Shown here in pieces: positions 39,370 through 49,165 of a stretch of 64,000 nt of DNA; position 1 is the first letter of the stretch; each line of letters starts with the position of its first letter. The position numbers were made by a program, and so were the translations under genes. Below the pieces are notes generated by a model that was not told the DNA's origin, searched no databases, and saw nothing but the letters and a program-made list of their open reading frames with translations. Origin of the DNA: Candidatus Eiseniibacteriota bacterium (lineage in GTDB: Bacteria > Eisenbacteria > RBG-16-71-46). The stretch lies in the NCBI GenBank assembly GCA_031370785.1, contig JANMQY010000144.1:50601-114600 (forward strand). Direction: 5' to 3'.

Positions 39370-40755
39370 CTACGCCGCGCGCTGCTCCTGGCCGCCTTCG
39401 GTGCGCTCGAGCGTCCGCGACAGCGCATCGAGGCAGTTGCCATCGAGGCCGCAGCCGCGATCCTTTTCCATCAGTCGTAGCGCCACGTCTTCGGGCAGCG
39501 CCGGGCGGTAGGGACGCGCGGTGGTGAGTGCGTCGTACACGTCCGCGGTCGCGAGAATGCGTGATTCGCGCGAGATCTGATCCCCAGCGAGCCCGCGGAA
39601 GTAACCCGAGCCGTCGATCCGCTCGTGATGCGCGGCGGCGGTCTCGGCCAGCGCGTCGAAGCCGCGGATGTGCGTGAGAATCCGCAGCGTGTAGTAGGGG
39701 TGCATCCGCACCACTTCCCACTCCTGGGCGTTGAGCGGTCCCGGCTTGTCGAGAATCGAGTTCGGCACCGAGAGCTTGCCGATGTCGTGGAGCAGCGCGG
39801 CACGCTTGAGCGAGGCGCGCGCCGCCGGCGCCATGCCGAGCTCGTCGGCGATCTGCACCGACACGTCGGTCATGCGCCGCGAGTGCTGCGAGGTGAACGG
39901 CGACTTGGCGTCGACCACGTCGGCGAAGCCGTGCGCGATGCGGTCGAGCGTTCCGGGGCCTGCGAGCAGCGCGGCACCGCCCGGCTCCCGATCGCGCACC
40001 GCCTCGCGCAACCCGGTCTCGTCGAGCGCGCACCAGCGCCCGAGCAGTTCCTCGAGTCCGGCACAGGCATCGATCAGCATCGGGTCGAACCAGCGACCGC
40101 TCCGGCGCGCGACCATCGCGAGCGCACCGCGCGGACCGTCGATCATGGCGAACGCCTCGAGTGTCTGGGCGACGCACAGGATGCGCGAGAGCAGCGGGAT
40201 CTCGGAGCCGGACATGCCGCGCGGATGTCCGCCGCCGTCCCAGTGCTCGTCGAGATTGCGTACCGCCTCGGCGGCGCGGTGGCCGAAACCAAGGCGTTCG
40301 ACGATGTCGGCGCCGCGCACGCAGCGCGTCTCGACCAGCTCGACCGCCGCCTTGTGTCCGGCGCGCGCGAGTGAAACCACCCGGAGCATGCGCTCGAACC
40401 ACGACGCTCCGGGCGAGGCGTGGGCCATCGCATAGCGCGCGGCATTGAAGTAGTTGGCCCAGTCCACGCGCATCAGATCGTGCTTGGCGATCCGGTCGTC
40501 ACCGCCGAACAGCTCGAACACCCGCGCCGAGTTGCTCGAGCAGCCGGCGTCCTTGAGCAGCAGGGCGTAGTAGAGATCGCGCTGCTCGGTCAGCGACAGC
40601 CTGAGGGTGTCGCCGAGGTGCATGCCGATCAGGCAGGCGCGCAGCGAATGGCCCATGGGCTGGCCTTCGGTGAGGTCGAGCGCGAAGGAGAGTGCGGAGA
40701 GCACTTCCGAAACGCGGACCGATTCGGCGGGTACCAGGCTGGGTGCGGTTCTCAC
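39370..40755 (-). CDS. Tandem HD-GYP domain protein (cyclic dinucleotide phosphodiesterase family)
   Basis: Degenerate N-terminal domain (LLKDAG...EHWDGGGHP) and intact C-terminal domain (LLHDIGK...HHERIDGSGY...DVYDALTTARPYR). Confidence 0.9.
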   Translation of the reverse strand: MRTAPSLVPAESVRVSEVLSALSFALDLTEGQPMGHSLRACLIGMHLGDTLRLSLTEQRDLYYALLLKDAGCSSNSARVFELFGGDDRIAKHDLMRVDWANYFNAARYAMAHASPGASWFERMLRVVSLARAGHKAAVELVETRCVRGADIVERLGFGHRAAEAVRNLDEHWDGGGHPRGMSGSEIPLLSRILCVAQTLEAFAMIDGPRGALAMVARRSGRWFDPMLIDACAGLEELLGRWCALDETGLREAVRDREPGGAALLAGPGTLDRIAHGFADVVDAKSPFTSQHSRRMTDVSVQIADELGMAPAARASLKRAALLHDIGKLSVPNSILDKPGPLNAQEWEVVRMHPYYTLRILTHIRGFDALAETAAAHHERIDGSGYFRGLAGDQISRESRILATADVYDALTTARPYRPALPEDVALRLMEKDRGCGLDGNCLDALSRTLERTEGGQEQRAA

Positions 40756-40952
40756 ACCGCAAGTATCGGCTCGCGGAGGGATTCGATTGAGCGTGGGCGC
40801 GTAGAAAACCGGCCGTGCGCGCGGATTTTCGGCTCATCGAACCTGCGGGCTGTGGCGCTCGACCCATCTCGCTCCGGGGGTCGGGCGATTTGCAAGCGAG
40901 CGCGAGGCCGACGGGCGGAACGCCTCCCGAGATTGCGCGGCGTGTCATCTTT

Positions 40953-41390
40953 TCACTGACACGCCTGGGAGCTGCTCATGAACGCAATCATCGCGAGAGG
41001 CCGATCGCCTAAGAGATCCGAGCGGTGATCGCAGGCGAGCGTGACCGGCACGCCATCGACCAGCACCGCGATCTGGCGGTCTTCGCCGCCGCGCAGCGCC
41101 GGCTGGGCTTCGCCACGCGAGTTCGCGCGGACCACCACCAGCGGCATCGAGCGCAGGACCTGTTCGAGCGTCGGAGCGGGACGCACCGTGGCCGAATCGG
41201 GCACCACGCCCACGGCGCTCGAGCCTCCGGTCGCGGTGCGCGGCCTCGCCGCCCTCACCGAGACCGACGGCACGTGGTAGATCGCGGTGTCTCCAGGGGC
41301 TGGAGCAGGAGCCGATTGGGCGTGCGCACGGGTCCAGCTCATCAGCGTCAGGAACGAGGCAACCAGGAGGATGCGGGGCATGGGAGGCAT
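40953..41390 (-). pseudogene. Truncated TonB-dependent receptor (signal peptide plus partial plug domain only)
   Basis: VSVRA TonB-box-like strand and LRSMP..VRANSRGE...LRG...IAVLVDGVP. Similarity stops after DHRSDL and no barrel follows. Confidence 0.75.
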
Positions 41391-41681
41391 CAGTCTGCGG
41401 GATCTCCCGGAGCCTTCGCCATCGGAATTGGCTCTCCGCTCTCGTGCCCCGGGCACTCGAGCATGGGCAGGCGCGGATAGCGCGCATAGCGCGGATCGGA
41501 CGCCGAGCGCGCGCACAGCCAGAACCGGCTGCGCGGGGTGGCCACGATGCGGGCGTGCCGGCAGTGGGCACACAGGCCGATGGCTTGCGATTCGGAGATG
41601 GAACGGACTCCTTCCCTTCAGGCCAGGGCCTCGCTCGCGATCACGATCTCGCGGGTTTTCACCCAAACTCACCGTGTTCAC

Positions 41682-41811
41682 TGTCGGCCTTGGCGACAAT
41701 TCTCGTGACGAGGAGTTTCTCCGAGCCGGGTCGCGAGTATCGATTCTGGTTCTATCCGGGCAAGTGCGAAGAGCTTAGGACATGGTTCCGGTTCACGGTA
41801 CGCGAATTGCG
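41682..41811 (+). promoter_or_regulatory. sigma54 (-24/-12) promoter with upstream TGT-N11-ACA enhancer-like palindrome
   Basis: CGGTACGCGAATTGCG (GG-N10-GC) at 41796-41811 and TGTCGGCCTTGGCGACA at 41682-41698. Confidence 0.65.
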
Positions 41812-41871
41812 TGAGCCAGCGCGCGGAATTGATGCCCCCTGGCCGTCGGCCCCCCACAAAAGAAGGTTCAG

Positions 41872-42174
41872 ATGAAGAAGATGCTCCTGACTCTGGCCGC
41901 GCTGGTCGTGATTGCGGCGCCAAGCTTCGCGTACGTTCAATCCGGCAACCTGCCGTCCATGCCCGCTGGTAGCCTGCCGGTCGCGGATAACGGCGGCATC
42001 GGCATGGAAAATGTCGGCATCGGCGCTCTTACTCCTCCTGGCAGCACTCCGATCGAGCCGCTCGGCGATCAGCCGCCGACGCGCCCGGTTCCCGAGCCGG
42101 CCACGATGGTGCTGGCTTCGATGGGCCTGCTGGCGCTCGGCGCCGCCGGTCGCAAGCGTCGCAGCCGCAGCTAA
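41872..42174 (+). CDS. Small PEP-CTERM sorting-domain protein
   Basis: Signal peptide and C-terminal VPEPATMVLASMGLLALGAAGRKRRSRS. Confidence 0.92.
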   Translation: MKKMLLTLAALVVIAAPSFAYVQSGNLPSMPAGSLPVADNGGIGMENVGIGALTPPGSTPIEPLGDQPPTRPVPEPATMVLASMGLLALGAAGRKRRSRS

Positions 42175-42214
42175 GGCGAGAGACATCCCCTAGGCCCCAC
42201 ACTCCAGGTTCCAA

Positions 42215-42251
42215 CGGCGGCGAGAAAAATCTCTCGCCGCCGCGCTGTTTT
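42215..42251 (+). terminator. Intrinsic terminator after the PEP-CTERM gene
   Basis: CGGCGGCGAGA/TCTCGCCGCCG stem followed by CGCTGTTTT. Confidence 0.65.
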
Positions 42252-42299
42252 AGGGGCCGAAGTGAGTGGGCACCGCGGCGTGCGGTAGTATCCCCGGCC

Positions 42300-44498
42300 A
42301 TGTCGCCGCGGCCGAATGCCCCGCAGAATCGCGATGCGCGACGCCCCGCGCGGGTGCGCCCTCGAGCCTCCCAGCCCGCTCTGTGGTCCATGCACGCGCC
42401 GCCCGCGGGGGATCCTCAGCTCGAGGTGCGCGACACGCGCATCGGGCTGGCGGTGGTCGCGGCGCTCGGGCTCGCGCTGCTTGCCATGGCGGCCGGGCCT
42501 CACCGGATCGGCGACTACTTCACCGAGACCGACTTCTACGGCGCCTATGCGCAGGGCGCCCGCCTCATACAGCACGGTCACTTCGTTCCTGCGCGCTACG
42601 GCGTGGTGGGTCCTGGCTACGAGACGGCGCTCGCGTTGGTCGGCTTCGCGCTGCCGGATCTGTTCCTGGCCGCCGAAATGCTCTCGCTGCTCTCGACCGT
42701 CGCGGCGCTCCTGCTGTGGTTCGGCCTGCTGCGCCGCCGCGCTGGTTTCCGGATCGCGCTGATCGCACTCTTCCTCATGGCGCTCAATCCATTCGTCTTT
42801 CGGTATGGCTACGCCGCCAGCACCGACGCATTCGCGCTGGCGCTCGTCTCGCTCGCGCTCTGGCTGCTGCTGACCCGGTCCGGTCCGGCTGCCCGGGTCG
42901 GCGCGGGGCTCGTCACCGGGCTCGCGTTTCTGACCCGCTACAACGCGCTCGTCCTGCTGCCGGTCGCGTGGATCGTGAGCTGGCGTGGCGGCGCGGGCGG
43001 CGCCCGTCATCCCTCGGCCGGCGCTGCCAATGAGACCGGTTCAGCGCCGGCGCGGCGCGCTCGCGCGGCGGACGCGCTGCTCTTCACCCTGGGCTTTCTC
43101 GCGCCGGTCGTGCCGTGGGTGCTGTACTCGCTCGCGCATGGCGGGGGCTTCTCGTTCCAGCTCCACCACAACATCGCGTACGAAGTCTTCGCGCGCTCGC
43201 GCGGCATGGTGTGGGACGAGTACCAGAAGACCCTGCAGCCGCTGTTCCACAACCTGTGGGACGTGATCCGGCGCGATCCGCCGGCGGTGTTCGCGCGCAT
43301 GGCGTTCAACGTGTTCGATCACCTGCGCCTCGATGGGCTGCGCCTGCTGGGCTGGCCGGTCGCGCTCGCCGCGCTCGGCGGCGCACTCCTGCTGCGCGGC
43401 GAGCGTGCGGCCGACGGCTGGGCACTCAGTCGCGCGCTCGCGCCGGTACTGCTCGCCGGCGCGTTCCTGTTCCTGAGCGTGGTGCCGGCCTTCTACTCCG
43501 AGCGCTACTCGCTGCCACTGGTGCCGGTCTACGCGACGCTCGCGGGGGTGGCGTTCGGCTCGCCGCGCTTCGCGTTCGCGCTCCGGAAGCCCGCCGGGGT
43601 GTGGCTGAAGGGCGTTCTTTTCGCCCTGGTGCTGCTCGCTTCCGTCTGGCAGTCGGTGCGCTACCAGCTTCGTGCCGTGGACCAGCTCCCGGTCGAGGTG
43701 ATCGAGGCCGCGCGCACGCTGCGATCGCTGGCCCACCCCGGGGACCGGGTGATCGCGCGCAAGCCGCACCTGGCGTTCCATTCGGGCGTCGAGCCGGCGC
43801 CGTTTCCGTTTACCGAGACCATCCCCGAGCTGGCGAGCGCGGCACGCGCCGCTCACGCGCGCTGGCTCTTCGTGTCGTGGCCGGAGGTCGAGACCCGCCC
43901 CAGCTACTGGCACCTGCTCGATACCACCGGGGTCGTGCCCGGGCTCATCGTGCGCCACGTGACCGCGCCGCACCCTTCGGTGCTCTACGAGATCGGGCCC
44001 GGCTTCGGAGCCCTGCCCACGTGGTACGCGAACGACACCACGCGTGCATGGCACACCGCGCGCGCGCAGGCCATGGTGACCCCTCGCGACGCGAAGGCAT
44101 GGTTCACGATCGGGCTGGTCGAATGCCACCGCGGCGCGCTCGACTCGGCACGCGTGCATCTGGAACGGGCGCTCGTGATCGATCCGCGCTACCTTCATGC
44201 CATGCTGGTCCTGGGCGAGGTGCACCTGCTCGAGAACGACGTGGCGGGCGCGAGAGAGACCTACTCCCGGGCGATCGCGCTCGACCCGGGAAGCGTGGAT
44301 GCGCAGATCGGCCTCGGATGGACCTATCTTCTCGAAGGCCGCGACGCCGAGGCCGCGGCGCGCTGGCGGCCGCTGGTGGATCGAACCGAGGACCGGGAGA
44401 CTCTGTCTCGCATGATCCAGCTCTTCGCATCGACCGGAGATCGTGAAGCCGCCGCGGCCGCCGCGGCGCGCCTGCGCGCGCTGGCGGGCCCGCGATGA
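42300..44498 (+). CDS. GT-C fold (ArnT/PMT-like) membrane glycosyltransferase with C-terminal TPRs
   Basis: ETDFY in the first loop, many TM helices, GLAFLTRYN and ERYSLP, followed by TPR-like helical repeats (ALVIDP, AIALDP). Confidence 0.75.
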   Translation: MSPRPNAPQNRDARRPARVRPRASQPALWSMHAPPAGDPQLEVRDTRIGLAVVAALGLALLAMAAGPHRIGDYFTETDFYGAYAQGARLIQHGHFVPARYGVVGPGYETALALVGFALPDLFLAAEMLSLLSTVAALLLWFGLLRRRAGFRIALIALFLMALNPFVFRYGYAASTDAFALALVSLALWLLLTRSGPAARVGAGLVTGLAFLTRYNALVLLPVAWIVSWRGGAGGARHPSAGAANETGSAPARRARAADALLFTLGFLAPVVPWVLYSLAHGGGFSFQLHHNIAYEVFARSRGMVWDEYQKTLQPLFHNLWDVIRRDPPAVFARMAFNVFDHLRLDGLRLLGWPVALAALGGALLLRGERAADGWALSRALAPVLLAGAFLFLSVVPAFYSERYSLPLVPVYATLAGVAFGSPRFAFALRKPAGVWLKGVLFALVLLASVWQSVRYQLRAVDQLPVEVIEAARTLRSLAHPGDRVIARKPHLAFHSGVEPAPFPFTETIPELASAARAAHARWLFVSWPEVETRPSYWHLLDTTGVVPGLIVRHVTAPHPSVLYEIGPGFGALPTWYANDTTRAWHTARAQAMVTPRDAKAWFTIGLVECHRGALDSARVHLERALVIDPRYLHAMLVLGEVHLLENDVAGARETYSRAIALDPGSVDAQIGLGWTYLLEGRDAEAAARWRPLVDRTEDRETLSRMIQLFASTGDREAAAAAAARLRALAGPR

Positions 44499-45412
44499 GC
44501 GCGCGCCTGGTTCGAGGCGTCTCCTTCGCGGCGCTTTTCGCCTCGCTCGCGCTGAACTCCACCGGATGCGCGCACGCGCCCGTCGCCGGCGCGGCGAGCA
44601 AACCCGCGGCTCACGCCAGGGCGCGTGTCATCCCCGAGCCGCCCGATGCCGACTCGATCACGATCGCGCTCTGGCATCTGGATGAGACCGGAGGGACGCG
44701 CGTGGCGGACTCCGGGCCGTTCCGGCTCGAGGCGGTGAGCGGCATCGACACCCGCCCCGACTTCGGGCGCTTCCGCGACGCGCGCCGATTCGTCCAGTCC
44801 CTCGACTCGTTCGTCTACGCGCCCTACAACCCGATCTTTGATTCGGGCAGCGGACTCACCATCGAGGCCTGGATCCAACCCACCGCGTACGGTGTCTACG
44901 AAGACACTCCGATCGCCGGCCGCTGGACCCCGCTCGCCAACCAGCAGAGCTGGTTGCTCGCGGTGGTCGGGCGCCGCCTGAGTCCGCCGGGAGCGGCGTT
45001 CGGAAGCCCGGGTGATCACACGGGTCTGGTGAGCCAGGGCCGGTTCGGCGCGCTGATGTTCGCGTTCATGCCGGCCGACGCCGGGCTGCCGCGCGCGTAC
45101 TTCTCGAACCGCTCGATCGAGCTGAACCGCTGGACGCACGTGGCCGCGACCTCGGATGGCGCGGTCGTGCGCCTGTACATCGACGGCCTGCTGGACTCGC
45201 AGTATGCGACCACCGGCCGGATCCGCCCGACCGAGGCGCCACTGATGCTCGGCAACTACTTCGATCCGCGCCGGCTCACCGACTTTGGCGGGGACCTGCG
45301 CGTCGATTCGAGCCTCGACCCGCGCCCGTATTACGCGTTCCAGGGGCTGATCGACGAGGTGCGCCTCTCGAGCGCCGCCCGCAGCCGATTCCCGAGCACC
45401 GGAGTGCGATAG
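44495..45412 (+). CDS. LamG/concanavalin-like lectin domain lipoprotein
   Basis: Lipobox-like STGC, ALWHLDE, TIEAWI, WTHVAAT..LYIDG and FQGLIDEVRLS. Confidence 0.82.
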   Translation: MSARLVRGVSFAALFASLALNSTGCAHAPVAGAASKPAAHARARVIPEPPDADSITIALWHLDETGGTRVADSGPFRLEAVSGIDTRPDFGRFRDARRFVQSLDSFVYAPYNPIFDSGSGLTIEAWIQPTAYGVYEDTPIAGRWTPLANQQSWLLAVVGRRLSPPGAAFGSPGDHTGLVSQGRFGALMFAFMPADAGLPRAYFSNRSIELNRWTHVAATSDGAVVRLYIDGLLDSQYATTGRIRPTEAPLMLGNYFDPRRLTDFGGDLRVDSSLDPRPYYAFQGLIDEVRLSSAARSRFPSTGVR

Positions 45413-45515
45413 AGCTCCGACGTCTCATCCGGGTCTTGTCGCACGCCTCGCGACACTGTTAGCGTTATCCCCCCGGCCGGCTCCCGAACCCAACCAGCCT
45501 CCGCTCGGGACGCCC

Positions 45516-47909
45516 ATGCGCGCAGCGCTTTTCCTGATCGTCTCCCTGTCGTTCCCGCAGCTCTCCGTTCCCATCGAGGCTCGAGCGCAGGATCGCGCCT
45601 GCCGAGTGGTGGTGGCTCTTGCGCCACCAGGCGCCAGCGCAACGGCCACAGCGCCGGGGGCGCGCCTCGCGCAGCGTTTCGCCGCGCTCGGCCTCACGCC
45701 CTTTGGCACGCTCGCCGACGGCATCGCACCCGCGAGCCCGCGTGCGACCTCGGCCCGCGGAACGTCGTTCGATCCGTTCGGCCTCGATCCCGCGCGCATT
45801 CTCCTCTTCGCCGCCGCGGACTCGATTGCGGCGCACGCGGCGCTCGATCAGCTCGCAAGCGATCCGGGTGTCGCATGGGCCGAGCCCGATCAGTTGCGCG
45901 AGCCGACGGGTGGGCCCTCGTTTCCGAACGATCCGCTGTTCGTCGACACGCGCCAGTGGGGACTGCGCAATGTCGGACCCGCCGGGTACTACGGCGGGCG
46001 CGCCGGCGCCGACATTCACGCGCTCGGCGCATGGCAGCAGTGCGTGGGCTCGAACGACGTGCTGCTCGGCGTCGCGGACACCGGGATCGATCCCGATCAC
46101 CCCGACCTGGGCGGGCTGCTCCCGGATGGGAGATCCCGGATCGCCTATCCGTTCAATGCCACCACGAGTCCCACCGCCGGCGTCATTGACTCGTTCGGGC
46201 ACGGCACGCTGGTGGTCGGAGTGATGGCGGCGCGCACCAACGATGGCCCGCACTTCGACTCGCTCGGGATCGCGGGAGTGTGCGGCGGCGATGGCGCCTT
46301 CAATGCCGGCTGCCGGATCGTGCCGATCAAGATCACCCGGGATCGCTCCGGGGAAACCGGATCCTACGAAGTGGCGCGCGCGCTGCTCCATGCGACGAAC
46401 GTTGGCGTGCGCGCGCTGAACCTTTCGTTCGCAGGCCCTTTCCCGAGCCGGGTCGAGCGCGAGGCGATGTACTACGCCCTGGTGCGCGGCTGCGTGCTGG
46501 TCGCGGCCGCCGGCAATCGCGGCTTCTCGGCCCCGACCCAGCCGCAGTATCCGGCGGCTTACGCCGCCGACGGGCTCGGCATCCAGGTGGGCGCGAGCGA
46601 TCAGGATGATCGCCGCACGGCGTTCTCTTCGTACGGACCCGGTCTCGACTTCCTCGCGCCCGGGGTCGACATCTGGACCACGTTCATGACCTTCCCGAGC
46701 GCGCACGGCGCGAGTTATCCCGGCTACGTCGCGGCCGCGGGCACTTCGCTCGCCGCCCCATTTGGCACGGGTGCGGTCGGGCTGCTGGCGGCGGCGCGGC
46801 CGGAGCTGATCGACACCGACTTTCAGCACGTGCTGCGCGAAAGCGCCGACGACCTGGCTCCGCCCGGGATCGACGCTCCGACCGGCTGGGGCCGGCTCAA
46901 CGCCGCCAGGGCGCTCGAAGCGGTGCGCCCTTCGCTCGGCATCTGGCACGACGAGATCGCTGGCACCATGTCCGGCGTGGTCGCGATCGACACGCTGCGC
47001 GTCGGGGAGACCGGGCCGGGCACGTTCGGCCAGGTGCGCCTCTGGCCGGGCGCCGAGCAGCTCGAGGTCACCGCTCAGGTCGCGTTCCCCGATTCGTTCC
47101 TCGATTCGATCCGGGTGTGGCCGCGCCTCGGCGGCACTTCCACGGTGCGTGGCGGATTCCGCCTGCCCTACTACGTGCCGTGGGCGACGATTGCCGCCCG
47201 GGACGCGAACGGCTTCACGATGCGCGGCTACCTCTATCGCACACAGGACACCGCGTGCGGCGGATGCGACGCGGTGGTGCCGCTGCCAACCGATCAGGCG
47301 CGCTTCGGCTTCACCGTGATCGGGCGTGTGGATCGCGCGCCGACGCTCCGCCTGTCCGCGCAGCCGCCGGGGCTCACCCTTGGCCCTGGCGATACGCTCG
47401 CGATCGCGTGGGAGGCGCACGACCCCGACGTGGTGAGCGCGATCGAGGTATGGCTCGACATCGAGGGCGGCGCTTCGTTGCTGCTCGCGCGGGTTTCCGG
47501 CAGCGAGCTCGGGACCGAAGTGGCCATCCCGTGCCTCGGCTCCTTCGGCGCGCACGGCGCGATCCGGGTGGTGGCGCTGGATGAGCACGGCCCGCACCAC
47601 GATCGCACTGCCGAGTCGTTCGCGATCGTGGTGCGCGCCGCGCGGTGTGCGAGCTCGGGAGTCGCGCTCGCGGTCGCGCCCAATCCAGCGCGCGGCCCGA
47701 CGCGCATCGCGGGGCCGGCCGGAAGCCAGTTGACCATCGTCGACCTCGGCGGGCGCCGCATCCGCCGCGCCACGCTCGACCACTCGACCGGCACCTGGCT
47801 GTGGGACGGTCTTGATGACCGCGGCCGCCGCGTGCCGCCGGGCGTGTACCTGGTTCGCCTGCCGGTCGGCAGCGGAGTGCTGCAGAAGAAGGTGGTGAGG
47901 CTCGACTGA
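45516..47909 (+). CDS. Secreted S8 (subtilisin-like) serine peptidase with FlgD-like C-terminal domain
   Basis: Catalytic DTGID, HGT, AAGN and GTSLAAP motifs. C-terminal PNP...WDGLDDRGRRVPPGVY. Confidence 0.9.
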   Translation: MRAALFLIVSLSFPQLSVPIEARAQDRACRVVVALAPPGASATATAPGARLAQRFAALGLTPFGTLADGIAPASPRATSARGTSFDPFGLDPARILLFAAADSIAAHAALDQLASDPGVAWAEPDQLREPTGGPSFPNDPLFVDTRQWGLRNVGPAGYYGGRAGADIHALGAWQQCVGSNDVLLGVADTGIDPDHPDLGGLLPDGRSRIAYPFNATTSPTAGVIDSFGHGTLVVGVMAARTNDGPHFDSLGIAGVCGGDGAFNAGCRIVPIKITRDRSGETGSYEVARALLHATNVGVRALNLSFAGPFPSRVEREAMYYALVRGCVLVAAAGNRGFSAPTQPQYPAAYAADGLGIQVGASDQDDRRTAFSSYGPGLDFLAPGVDIWTTFMTFPSAHGASYPGYVAAAGTSLAAPFGTGAVGLLAAARPELIDTDFQHVLRESADDLAPPGIDAPTGWGRLNAARALEAVRPSLGIWHDEIAGTMSGVVAIDTLRVGETGPGTFGQVRLWPGAEQLEVTAQVAFPDSFLDSIRVWPRLGGTSTVRGGFRLPYYVPWATIAARDANGFTMRGYLYRTQDTACGGCDAVVPLPTDQARFGFTVIGRVDRAPTLRLSAQPPGLTLGPGDTLAIAWEAHDPDVVSAIEVWLDIEGGASLLLARVSGSELGTEVAIPCLGSFGAHGAIRVVALDEHGPHHDRTAESFAIVVRAARCASSGVALAVAPNPARGPTRIAGPAGSQLTIVDLGGRRIRRATLDHSTGTWLWDGLDDRGRRVPPGVYLVRLPVGSGVLQKKVVRLD

Positions 47910-47983
47910 GCCTCACCCGGGAAGGCGGCGCTCCGACCGGCGCGGCCTCCCGCGTGCCGAGCGCGCCACGCGCGCTCGATTCG

Positions 47984-48013
47984 TTGCTGCGCCCTTTCGG
48001 CGCGTGCTAGGCT
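47984..48013 (+). promoter_or_regulatory. sigma70-type promoter of the MoxR operon
   Basis: TTGCTG-18 nt-TAGGCT with extended TG. Confidence 0.5.
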
Positions 48014-48086
48014 TCGCCGGCTTTTCACGCCTCGATCTGCGCCCTCGGCGCGCACCGCACACCCGGCCCTCGCTCAAGGAACTCTG

Positions 48087-49088
<1,002 letters not shown>

Positions 49089-49165
49089 GCGCGGAAGCCG
49101 TCCACTCCGCCTCCCCCGCTCGCGCCTGATCCGCCGCGTTCGCGCGGCCACTCGAGGACCGTCTC

